Source: Obrimoposthia wandeli (taxonomy: Eukaryota). Taken from it: a DNA stretch of 64,000 bases. Shown piece by piece: positions 54,300 through 64,000 of this stretch. The position numbers and the translations under genes were made by a program. The first letter of the stretch is position 1. The number at the start of each line of letters is the position of its first letter. The stretch lies in assembly GCA_977020255.1 (NCBI GenBank), contig CDROCS010003139.1, forward strand, positions 248,001-312,000, given 5' to 3'. The notes under the pieces were generated by a model. That model did no database searches. It was not told where the DNA came from and saw only the letters and a list, made by a program, of their open reading frames with translations.

Positions 54300-54400
54300 A
54301 TCCAAATGTTCCACCACAAGTAGCAGTAACAATGAACGGAATAGAATATCTTGCCGAGGTCGATACTGGATCTGCAGTATCAGTATTGAGTAAATAAATC
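54300..54400 (+). pseudogene. Retropepsin-like aspartic protease motif 1
   Basis: VAVTMNGIEYLAEVDTGSAVSVLS. Confidence 0.65.
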
Positions 54401-54469
54401 TTGTCATCACAAGAACAAGAGGAACTATATCCTAGGAAACACTGAATAGAATCGATCCTTTTGGATTCT

Positions 54470-55452
54470 TAAAACACAGAAGAAGGTCACTAGAACCATA
54501 CTTTCAAAAGAAATGTAAAATGGCGAGAACTGGTTTACAAATGTTAAAAGGAGATACGACAGAAGATTCTGGTTTTGAAAATGTAGTACGATGTATATAT
54601 TGTAGAGTAAAATTTAGAAATTGGAAAACAATGATAATCCAATTAAACGTCATAAACTGGAAGCATCAACATGTCCATTCATTCTAAAATTAAAAACTAC
54701 AAATGAACCAGAAATTCAAACATGAAAAGCACCTAATTTTGACAACAGTGACAAGATTCCAGAAGAAGGAACTGACAAAATAGAAGGCGTTGTAATAAAA
54801 AAAATAGTCGAATTGAAGATATATTCGAAGTAATGCGAGAAATAAACAAATGTGAGGAACAATATTGAGAAGTAATTTTTGAAAATGCAAGACTTAAAAA
54901 GTTGGCAAGAAAGGGACGTTTTGCTACTAAAAAGGATGGTAAAGATGTAATTAAATGCCACAAGTGTAAGAAAGTTCGAATTATTGACAGATATACTCTT
55001 GAGTTACCTAAGAAAAGTTTACTTCAAGAATTTTGTAATTTATAAAAAACAAAAATAAACAAAAAGAACCAATATCAGAATGTATAGTCGAAAATCAAAT
55101 TACACGAAAAGAGATTTTGACTCAACAAGACACGCCAAAAGTGTCATTCATCAGAAGAATATCTCCAAAAAAAGCAGACAGGATCAGAGAATTAATAGAA
55201 TTAAAAATAAAAACAAAGCAATATAGATAGGGATCAATTTTTTTGAATTATTACGAGATAAAAATGACAGCGCAATCGAACCAAATCAAAAAGAGTACAT
55301 AAATGAACTAGAATACATGCTAGAAGATTTGGAATGTGCAGTATGCATGGTTAACGAAGTAGAAGTAGCTTTTATACATTTCGGACACATAAGAACATCC
55401 GATTTGTAAAACGATAATAGATCGACAAGTGAGAAACATTAGATTTCACTAA
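54470..55452 (+). pseudogene. IAP-like module: BIR (54520-54680), degenerate BIR (54890-55050), C-terminal RING (55330-55452)
   Basis: MARTG..VRCIYCRVKFRNWK.NDNPIKRHKLEASTCPF gives exact C-x2-C-x16-H-x6-C after one frameshift; KLARKG..DVIKCHKC..QEFC; CAVCMVNEVEVAFIHFGH..CKTIIDRQVRNIRFH*. Confidence 0.78.
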
Positions 55453-55499
55453 TATAATTGGACAGACAAAATGTAACAATTCGATAAATACGATATACC

Positions 55500-56960
55500 A
55501 CATGGAAAATATAAATGGAGCACAGCGACCAGCAGTTATCATTAGAGTTAACAATTTAAAAATAAAAGCCTTAATTGACACAGGCGCAGTAGCATTGATA
55601 GTGAGTGAAGATTTTCTGACAGAAGAACAGAAAAAACAATGTTAAAACCAGACGCATTCTTGGTATCGACCATTTATATTCGAATCATCACGAGATTTTA
55701 TAGAAAAATACGAATTACCAATCGTAGCACAGTATGTCTGATTGAAAATCACAAAAAATAGATATGTCGTAAAACTGGAGTAATTAGATCCAGTTTTTCA
55801 CCATTTTCTGCACCAGTGGGGTAAGTAAAAAAGAAGGATGGGAAAATGAGATTCTGTATAGATTGCTGAGAATTGAACAAGATCACAAGAAAAGATGTGT
55901 ACCCACTACCTAGAATCGAAGAGATGCTTGATAAATTAGGTAATTTAGACTATTTTACGACATTAGACTTGCAAAGTGGATACCGGTAAATCGAAATAGA
56001 AGAAGAGGATAAGCATAAAACAGCTTTCTCATGTGGAGATGGATTGTACAAATGTGAAAAATGCCATTCGGACTGACACGAGCGCCAGCAACGTTTCAGT
56101 GTTGCATGAATTTTGTACTCGCAGCATGTGCAAACACAATGGTTTATATCAATGACATCATAATATTTTCTAAGTCATTTGAAGAACATATAAAAATATC
56201 TAGAAGTCGTATTTAAAAGATTAAAAAAATCCTAAACTAAAAGTAAAACCTACAAAATGCAAATGGGCTAAAGAGCGAGTGACATTTTTAGGACACATAG
56301 TATCGAAAGAAAGCATTCGACCTGATCAAGCGAAGATCGAGGAATTAAAAGCGCACCCAGCTCTGAAGACATTTAAAAAATACAGAGTTTTTAGGTCTTG
56401 CGAATTATTACAGACAATTCGTTGAACATTTTTCTAACATAGCAACACCATTGAGAAAGTTGACAAGGAAAGATGAAAAATTCATCAGGGGCAAAGAAGC
56501 ACAACAAGCGTTCGAAGATCTGAAAGAAAGATTGATAAAAGCACCAATATAAGCATTTACGGATATGAATCGATAATTCATATTAATGACGGATGTAAGT
56601 AACTATTCTGTAGGAGCAGTATTAGGACAAGAATATGAGGAAGGAAGAGAACACGTCATCGCATATGCGAGTAGAGGATTAAATATAGCAGAAAGAGGAT
56701 ACTCTGTTATTGGAAAGTAATGTCTAGTCATAGTATATTCATCTAGACAGTACAGACACTATATTTTAGGGCAAAAAGTATTCTTGTATACGGATCATAA
56801 ACCGCTACAGTTCTTGTATAAACCTAAAGATGAAATGAGCAGGTTAAACAGATGGTTTTTGAAATTAGCTGAGTTTAATTTAGAAATTTGGTATAGAACT
56901 GGAAAGTCAAATGGAAATGCAGATTGTTTGTCAAGGTTGGTAAATGTAGATGAGATAGGA
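55500..56960 (+). pseudogene. pol: Gypsy pol: protease 2, reverse transcriptase, RNase H
   Basis: KALIDTGA; KDVYPLPRIEEMLD, FTTLDLQSGY, KTAF, PFGL..APATFQ, VYINDII; LMTDVSNYSVGAVL, IAYASR, YTDHKPL, RLNRWFLKL, GKSNGNADCLSR. Confidence 0.93.
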
Positions 56961-57374
56961 AACGTTATCCAAGAAGAGGATCAAGATAAGGTCAATGTCC
57001 GAGAAGGAGAAGCAAATCTACTAACGATTTTGCTGAAAACCGGAAAAATAGACAAAGAAATCATTAAGGAACAAAAAGAAGATGAAGAGTTGAGTTTAAT
57101 CAAAGAAATGTTAGTGAAAATGAGATCTAAATGATGCAATTACGAGAAAATACTCGATAAAAGAAGGAAACTTGTATATTGTCAACAATGTTGGAAAGAT
57201 AGTTGTAGTAAGTCGGTGGATGTGTCCGGTCTAATCCACCCCTTCCCTCTCACCCAGGGGGGTTACCACTGACTTTTAAAACCGTGCATGTGTGTGGTGG
57301 GAAATTTCGTGCATGTATGTGGAGTGAAAATTTCTATCCCCCCATCCAACACCATAAAAAACTAATTAACCCCA

Positions 57375-57700
57375 TTTAACTGCAACGATATCCATAAAAT
57401 ACATAAATGTCCACAGTTTCTCGTCGCAGGATCCTGATATTGTATCTCGTTGTAAAATACTCTTCTTCGTTCTTTTTGAATAGTTGAAACAAGTTTGTGT
57501 GGATAATACATTGCAAGTGGATCAAATACATATATTTTCCACTCTCTAACATAAATAGCTATCCAATGTTCTCCTGGTAAATTCGAGGTATGATTATTGA
57601 TAATGTAACCTCCAGATTGAAAAAAATGGAATCATATCAATAGGATAAACTCCATTGAATTTATCACTCAGGACCTTCTCTGCTGATTCTTGTACTTGTA
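57375..57700 (-). pseudogene. Adenain-like cysteine protease, copy C
   Basis: LPGEHWIAIY..FDP..QYQDPATRNCGHLC (His, Asp, Gln, Cys of the CE clan). Confidence 0.85.
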
Positions 57701-57756
57701 CTGAACTAAATAAAAATTAATAAATATAATTTTAAAAAAAAATGTCTTACTTTATT

Positions 57757-58986
57757 CTATAATATGACAGTTCTGTTTTTATTGATTTGTATTTCCGAAT
57801 CAAATACTCCGTAAATAAACACCGTAGTAGGATGTGTTAAAGCTGCATTGAACTTAATTTCTAGTCGTAAATTTCCATCCTTTGGTAATTGGCATTGGTT
57901 TATATCAAAGTCTGGTGCCAAAACAAATGTGAAGAACGGACAGGTGCTTTTAAACTCAGTGAAAGAAATATCATTGTTTATATTTTTATCTAGTTGACCC
58001 AAATTTCGAATAATAGATTGTGTATAAGCCAAAGCATAAGCGTTACCTTCGAAATCTGTTTTATATGTTTCACGATATCCAGTATTTCTTAAAAGTGTCA
58101 CTGAACCTACATTAAGATTGTCAAATTGAGTTACATCTATCGTATAATTTCCTAGAAACTTTGCAGTTTTTTGAAAAGAAATTAAAACGAATTTCGGTAA
58201 TCTTACATCACCAAAATTTGGATCCTTATTAAAAGATTGTGCACCCGTACCTAAAGACTAGGTTATAAGTTTAGTTTCTCTAATAGGATAACAAATATTG
58301 TTTTTTTCCATTCCTATATTATGAGCCATTAAAACTGATTGCTCAGTTTTAACTCTTTGGACATATAATTTTGCATCCAAAATATCAAGTCTAGGTTTTA
58401 GAATGTCTGTGCTTATCAAAGAAAAATTCCATTATAACATTTCAAATGAAGATGTACATTTACACCGGGAATTAAATATTTCGGTTGTTCAAAGAAATTC
58501 AATCTCATAGACCCACACATTTCGTAAGCTTTAGATTTTTCACTCGATTCTTTGCGAGTTGCAGCCGTTTTATCATAACCAATGGTTGCCAAATTAGTAT
58601 TTTGAGTATCAGTACTATAATTCAATAGACTTTCAATCAAAACTTTAAGAGCATAGAAAGAATTTCCACCTTCAATTTTGACATTATTAAGAGTAACAAT
58701 GGCATAACTAAATAAAGAATTAAAGAGATAATTTACAAGTGTTTCATAGACATTTTTCTTTAAATTAGTGCCATCTCGATTTAATACTTTTATTTGAACA
58801 CAAAGCAAAGTATCATTCAAATCTAAATACTCGCTATTGGAACCATTAATATTAAATTCTAAATCAGTTAAAGTGGTTCCTGAAACTGAGTTAACTAGAA
58901 ATATTTCTTCAAAAGAAAGCATTATCTACAACTACTTGTGGAAGTGATTTATCAAAAATACACAATTCGGTTTTGGCGCAACTCAT
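57757..58986 (-). pseudogene. Polinton major capsid (hexon-like) protein, copy C
   Basis: ORFs 58416-58922 and 57757-58101: EYLDLNDTLL..VNYLFNSLFS..FFEQPKYLIPGVNV..FFTFVLAPD..GNLRLEIKF. Confidence 0.92.
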
Positions 58987-59359
58987 TTTGCAAATATTGT
59001 TCCTTCAACTTTCTTACGTTTTTTTATATTAATTTTTTGCTTCTTTTTACGTTTAAATTCACTACCTCCTTGGATTTTATTTGATTTACCTTTTTTAATC
59101 TAATTAGCAACATCAGGTAAAACATTATCAAGTCTATCAAGCGCATGCTTCTTAAAAGTTGGTATTAGTTTATTGTCCTTAGATGAATGGTAGTCCTTTC
59201 CTAATTTTGATACAAATAGCCCGAGTCTCTTTAAAAGAGGAAAGGCAAATCTACCTAATGTTCTAAGCCAGCCAGATCCATATTGTTTACTAATAAAAAT
59301 GGTAATTATCCCCCTTGTTGGCTTTGACTATAAGCTTCAATTATTGCTGGATTCGCCAT
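58983..59359 (-). pseudogene. Small basic protein (pVI/pX-like), copy C
   Basis: QQG-G..QYGSGWLRTLGRFAFPLLKRLG; Lys/Arg-rich end; stop overlaps hexon ATG. Confidence 0.7.
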
Positions 59360-60396
59360 TTTGTTTTCTTAAATGTATTGTTAAACTTGTCTTGGCTCCG
59401 TACGTGAAATCTATTAGTTGTCCAGAATCATCTCTAATATTTACTTCAATATTGTTTATAGAAAAGAGAGCAACTGGAAGATATATTGGTTGATCTATAC
59501 GCATACCGATAACGTCCCCATCTTTAGTTTGATTTTTAGATATCCATATTGTTCTCAAAAGTGGAACTCGTTGTCCTCCTACAAGCGTTGGTTCTATTAA
59601 ATTAGTATAAATATATAAATGATTAACAGCATTTAAAAGTTTTGCATATTTTTAGCTTTTATGGATTTTATTGTATGGGTTTCAAAGGTATTTCTGTTTA
59701 AACCGAATTTTTTAGCGAGTTTATCGTCAAATAAAACTCGTTTTATATTGCTCTTTACTGTAAACGTTAATTTACCATTTTTTAATGTTACATATTTATC
59801 CAAATATTCACTACATTCCTTCTGTATTAATTTACATAAATTCACTTCACTATATATTTTATGATCTTTGAAAACATTTTCAGTTCCACTACATTATTTG
59901 ATCTCGTTTCAAGTAACAACACTTTTGCTACTTTACCAGAAACATTTCTAAATGATTTAGATGAGACAATATCAGATCTCTTCATACCTACTACATGTTC
60001 ACTACCAAAACTGAATTGAAGAGCTTATATTAAAGATTCAAATGTCAATTGAATAAGTTGAATATATTTTAATCGATTTTTAAATCTGACTTTGTTATTT
60101 TCTTATATTACTTTCACTTCTTTATCTATACAATTGTAATAGAATTTTACTTTACTATCAAACCCTATCACAGCTTCAGTTGTTTTTTCATGATCAACTT
60201 CTTTTGTAAACGTAATATGTGAGTTTTTTTTGATAGTAATTGGAGAATAATAAAAAGAAAATTATGTTAAAGCCGCTTCCCATTCTCCTTGGAGATTTAT
60301 AGGATTTTCCCAATCGATAATAAAGCTCCTAGCGTCATTATCTGATTGAGTCTTCGGGCATCCGTTACTAGGTAAAACCATATACATAGACTTCAT
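59337..60396 (-). pseudogene. Penton/minor capsid protein, copy C
   Basis: YMVLPSNG..LQGEWEAALTEF; YLPVALFSINNIEVNIRDDSGQLIDF..LTIHLRK. Confidence 0.87.
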
Positions 60397-61434
60397 ATTA
60401 TATTAGATGCTGATATCCAAGTTGGGTCTGAATAACCATGCCATTTAACAAAGTATTGTTTATGTTTACCTGTACCCTTAGATTTTAATATTTTTTGAAT
60501 ACGGAAAACGCTAGGTTTATTTGATATTACTTGTAGTTCTTGCTCGTAAAATTTACCGTGAACGATATTATTGTCAGCATCTTTAATAGTATACATTATT
60601 GGATTACTCTTTTGATCAATTTCACTTATACAAAATATTTCATCACTCCAATTCTGATCAAAGTTTTTAATAAATGGAGTAGAGCTAATTTTTGAAATTC
60701 GAATATATTCGTTTATCTTATATTTAACTTTTTTAATATTTTCTTTTTTATTCCTGTCCATCCAAATATCCATAGAGTTTTTATTAGTAACATCAACAGG
60801 TCTCATTCCCTTGAGACCTCTATGTTCAGAGTGATTATATGCATGAATTATTTTAGGTAAAACTTTGATCCTTTTTTTATTTCCTTCTTTTCTGAAATAC
60901 CTTTTTATTCAATATCTTAAAGTACGATTAAATCTTTCTAAAGAGGATGCAAAATACTGCTGCTTTGTACTGTGAAAACACTGAGTAGTGATTTATATTA
61001 TTTTGTTTAAATAATGATTGAACTTGCTTATTATAAAATTCTTTTCCTAAATCAGTTTGCACATTTTGTGGAATGTCCTCTTTTAATATTTCTTTAATGG
61101 CTTCAAGCATAGCTATTGGAGAATTTGTTTTAACTGGAATTGGACGACCAAACCTGCTAAATACATCAATAAATGTTAAAATTTATCGATATTCCTTATT
61201 AATTGAAGAATATGGAATCATCTCCATCAAATCCATTTGCCATAAATTATTAGAACCGCTGGTCTTGCAAGCTCTAGTTGGAAACCTTCTTCTCATCGGC
61301 TTGTTCAGACTGTAGGCTAACTGGTCGCTCAGCCATTTCTGCGTTTTCTTGTAATTCTGTTTTGTTCTTTTTGCTAATTTTGAAATTCCTGTGTAGACAA
61401 TTGGATCTTTTGGATTGAACCATATCTTCTCCAT
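60393..61434 (-). pseudogene. int: Polinton DDE integrase with C-terminal chromodomain, copy C
   Basis: LWQMDLMEM, FIDVFSR, VQTDLGKEF, ERFNRTL, YFVKWHGYSDPTWI. Confidence 0.93.
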
Positions 61435-61506
61435 TACAATAATTTGAATAGAAAGAAAATTTAAATTTAGGTAAAGAAGGGTTAGCACCCATATCTTTAA
61501 CTGATT

Positions 61507-61677
61507 TTATAATTGTGTCGCAGCTATAATACTACTGATAATTGAAGCAACAATGTTATCTCTTGTTATATCATTATTTTTTAATTTTAATAAAATTTGT
61601 TTACCCCTAATTTTTCCAGAAAATATTTTGTCGACAAGACGATCCACTTCATTATCTGTATTTATAGAATTATTCAT
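61507..61677 (-). pseudogene. Small Polinton ORF between TBP-like gene and integrase
   Basis: MNNSINTDNEVDRLVDKIFSGKIRGKQILLKLK.., 56 codons. Confidence 0.4.
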
Positions 61678-61699
61678 TTGAAACAATAGGTTTAAACGG

Positions 61700-62260
61700 G
61701 TTTGTTTATAGAAAAGATAACAAGATGTAATAAGATATATTTTTTAAAATCAAATCAACAATGTCTGGATAATCAAAATTTTTCAATCACAATATCATAA
61801 CTTTACCACTGAAAAATATATTTACACAGCGGTTTAAACTTCAAATAGCTGAGAGCAGGAAAAATTTCTGGTTCAAACATGCATTCTTCTTTCATTTTCT
61901 CTGCAATTTTAAATATATTTATTTGTTTCCCAAGATTAGCCGAAATTGTGATTGATTGTATTGCAGTGATTCGAATTCCAAATGCTAATTCGAACTCAAG
62001 CACAGGTATTTTGCATCCCATAAAACGACAACTTCCTAAAAGAATTCAATATGAAAATAAAATAAAAAACTAACCTGTGGGAAAAATAACAACTGTGAAA
62101 AATAACAACCTTTTCACATATTGTCTCGGCTTCCATTCATTGAATGATAAGTACGAAACATTATCTTCTATTCTACCTTTATAATTTATATTTACAAGTT
62201 TCATTAGACTAAAATTGTATTCTGTAAATTCTTCTTTATATATGTCTTAACCTGCTTTTT
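61700..62260 (-). pseudogene. TBP-like (two-repeat TATA-binding-protein fold) gene with 39-nt intron 62036-62074, copy C
   Basis: Repeat 1: LVNINYKGRI..TVVIFPTG|SCRFMGCK; repeat 2: IQSITISANLGKQINI..FEPEIFPALSY..(V)NIFxSGKVMIL after one frameshift. Confidence 0.82.
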
Positions 62261-62453
62261 TATTGCACATTTCTTGTAATTATCTTGCAAACCTATTATA
62301 ATTGGATGATATATTTCTTCCAATCAATTTTGATTTTTAATATGGATTTAATCCTATCAAATGTAATGATTTAGTTATATTAGCCAATGAGATTCATGTC
62401 TTTGTTACAAATTAGTTTAAAAGAATGCGCCATTGGAGGACAAATCACAATAA

Positions 62454-62940
62454 ATGCATTCATATCAAAGACAAGTATCAATGATGGACGATAGCCAACG
62501 GATATTAAGCGGTGACGAAGATTTAGAAATGTTTGAAGAATCGGATAAGGATATGTATGAAGAAGTGAAAAAATATTTCAAATACAAAGTCAGATTCTTG
62601 AAAAAGGCTCAACTGATTGCTTTAGTAAATCCTGTGACGATTGAAAGAAGAAAGTTCAGCTATTATCTATCAAATATTCAAAAACCAGATTTTCAATATC
62701 TTAATCAGAAAGTTGAAAAGGCAGTTCCAAATTTTACTTTTAATTAGAATGAATTTTATATCCGAGGAGCCGATGCAGCATTTCTAGATGAGTATGGAAG
62801 AGAAATAGATGTTGATGCGTTTCCGAAAAGGAAGCAATGGACTGTAACAATTTGACTTTATGGTTACAAAAAAGATGAAATGGGAACAAAGTTGCCTATG
62901 TGGAAAATTGAACGTGCTGATATTCCTATGTTTTAACACT
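62454..62940 (+). pseudogene. Polinton gene X, copy C
   Basis: ORF 62454-62747 continues through one stop; homolog at 29089-29603. Confidence 0.75.
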
Positions 62941-63120
62941 TTTCTTTCATTTTGCATGTAATAAATTGTAATCGGTTTTATTCATTTTTACTATGTTTCT
63001 TTCATTTGGCAATTAATAATCAGTTTTATATTTTAAATATTTGTATCTTATATGTATCTTATATGTATCTTATATGTATTTTTTTATAAACAATGTTTTT
63101 ATCAGTTTCCTTATTTTAGA

Positions 63121-63270
63121 ATGGATCCTCTTCTGAGATATGTAGGAACATTTTATTATCCAGAAAGAATTTCAAAAGGAAAACTATGTAATAGATTAAA
63201 GAGGCATCAAATTATATGAGTTATGAATCCTGTGAAAATATCAAAAGTGGAGAATAAATATCTCATCGAA
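63121..63270 (+). pseudogene. 5' end of hexon paralog, copy C (truncated)
   Basis: MNPVKISKVENKYLIEV matches MNPVKTSKVENIYLIEI at 28898. Confidence 0.75.
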
Positions 63271-64000
63271 GTGATGATCCAGTAGCACGACGGAACACTG
63301 GGAGGACATATGTCAGGTCGAAAGACAATATCAAGAATCAAAGAGAAATATCATAGGGATGGCATGGAAGATGAGATAAAGCAATAGTGTAAACAATGCA
63401 AAGTCTGTTTAACCAGAATGAATACAGGAACTCGTACTAATGTTTCACTGAAACCGATGTTAGTTCCTTTGGCACCAATGGAATTCACACTGATGGATAT
63501 ATTAGGACCATTGAGATAATCAAGTAAAGGAAACAAGTATGTCATAGTATTTACAGATTACATGAAGAAGTGGGTAGAAACATACCCCATGCAAAACCAG
63601 AAGGCTGAAACAATAGCACTGATCCTAGTAGAAGAGATAATATTTCGATACAGAATGCCTAGAAAGTTATTACCAGATCAAGGTAAGAATTTCACTGGAG
63701 AAGTAATAAAAGCAGTATCGAAGATATTCGGAATCATGAAGTTACAAACTTCACCATTTCACCCACAAACTGACTGTCTAGTACAAAGGTTTAATAAAAC
63801 TTTATGTATGATGGTACAATCTTATTGCTCCGATAAGCAAGATGATTGGGATAAGTATTTACCTTCATGTTATATGCTTACAGGAATTCAGATGGATCTG
63901 GTGTGGACCCAACCAACATCTCAGTACCTAGAAACTGAGGAATACATTGTCGTCATGAAAAAAAGATTACAAGATGCTTAGACTAAAGCAGGATTGAAAT
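63270..64000 (+). pseudogene. int: Gypsy integrase (HHCC zinc-binding domain and DDE core)
   Basis: HDGTLGGH..CKQCKVC; MDILGP; VFTDYMKKW; DQGKNF; PFHPQTD..VQRFNKTL. Confidence 0.93.

Larger units (their letters stand above)
57205..63270. mobile_element. Polinton/Maverick copy C, inverted relative to B, lacking pPolB and right end, inserted in Gypsy pol
   Basis: AGT-rich left terminus, adenain, hexon, small basic protein, penton, integrase, small ORF, TBP-like, gene X, start of hexon paralog; Gypsy pol frame resumes at 63270. Confidence 0.9.
50600..64000 (+). mobile_element. Ty3/Gypsy LTR retrotransposon with env and IAP-like module, decayed, interrupted by Polinton copy C; runs off window end; LTRs not identified
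   Basis: Collinear plus-strand gag-like, env, PR, BIR-BIR-RING, PR, RT, RNase H, (insertion), integrase. Confidence 0.82.

Noticed and set aside
26000-63270. A32-like packaging ATPase expected in Polintons
   Set aside because: No Walker A motif recognised in any copy, but all copies are truncated, so absence cannot be claimed for the family
1-64000. Host species assignment
   Set aside because: High AT content, 37-44 nt element introns and a divergent 28S fragment suggest a fast-evolving animal lineage but do not identify it without a search

Overview
AT-rich eukaryotic (probably animal) genomic DNA, dominated by decayed mobile elements lying in and around one intact host gene. The host gene is on the minus strand. 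I reconstructed it by hand as 12 coding exons (4420-48698, about 738 aa, N-terminal coiled coil, acidic C-terminus), and an inverted partial copy of its own 3' end sits in intron 7. The window holds three decayed copies of a Polinton/Maverick (adintovirus-like) element. Besides integrase, penton, hexon, adenain and pPolB, it carries a TBP-like gene split by a 37-39 nt intron and a second, divergent hexon-like gene. At 50.6-64 kb is a decayed Ty3/Gypsy element with an unusual layout: gag-like, chuvirus-type class III env, protease, BIR-BIR-RING (IAP-like) module, second protease, RT, RNase H, then an inserted Polinton copy, then integrase. Also present are two RLE-type (NeSL/Utopia-like) non-LTR retrotransposons, two Tigger/pogo elements, piggyBac and hAT remnants, a piggyBac MITE and an 80-bp 28S rRNA fragment. 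All protein-family calls come from motif recognition by eye; no database search was run, and boundaries of decayed genes are approximate.
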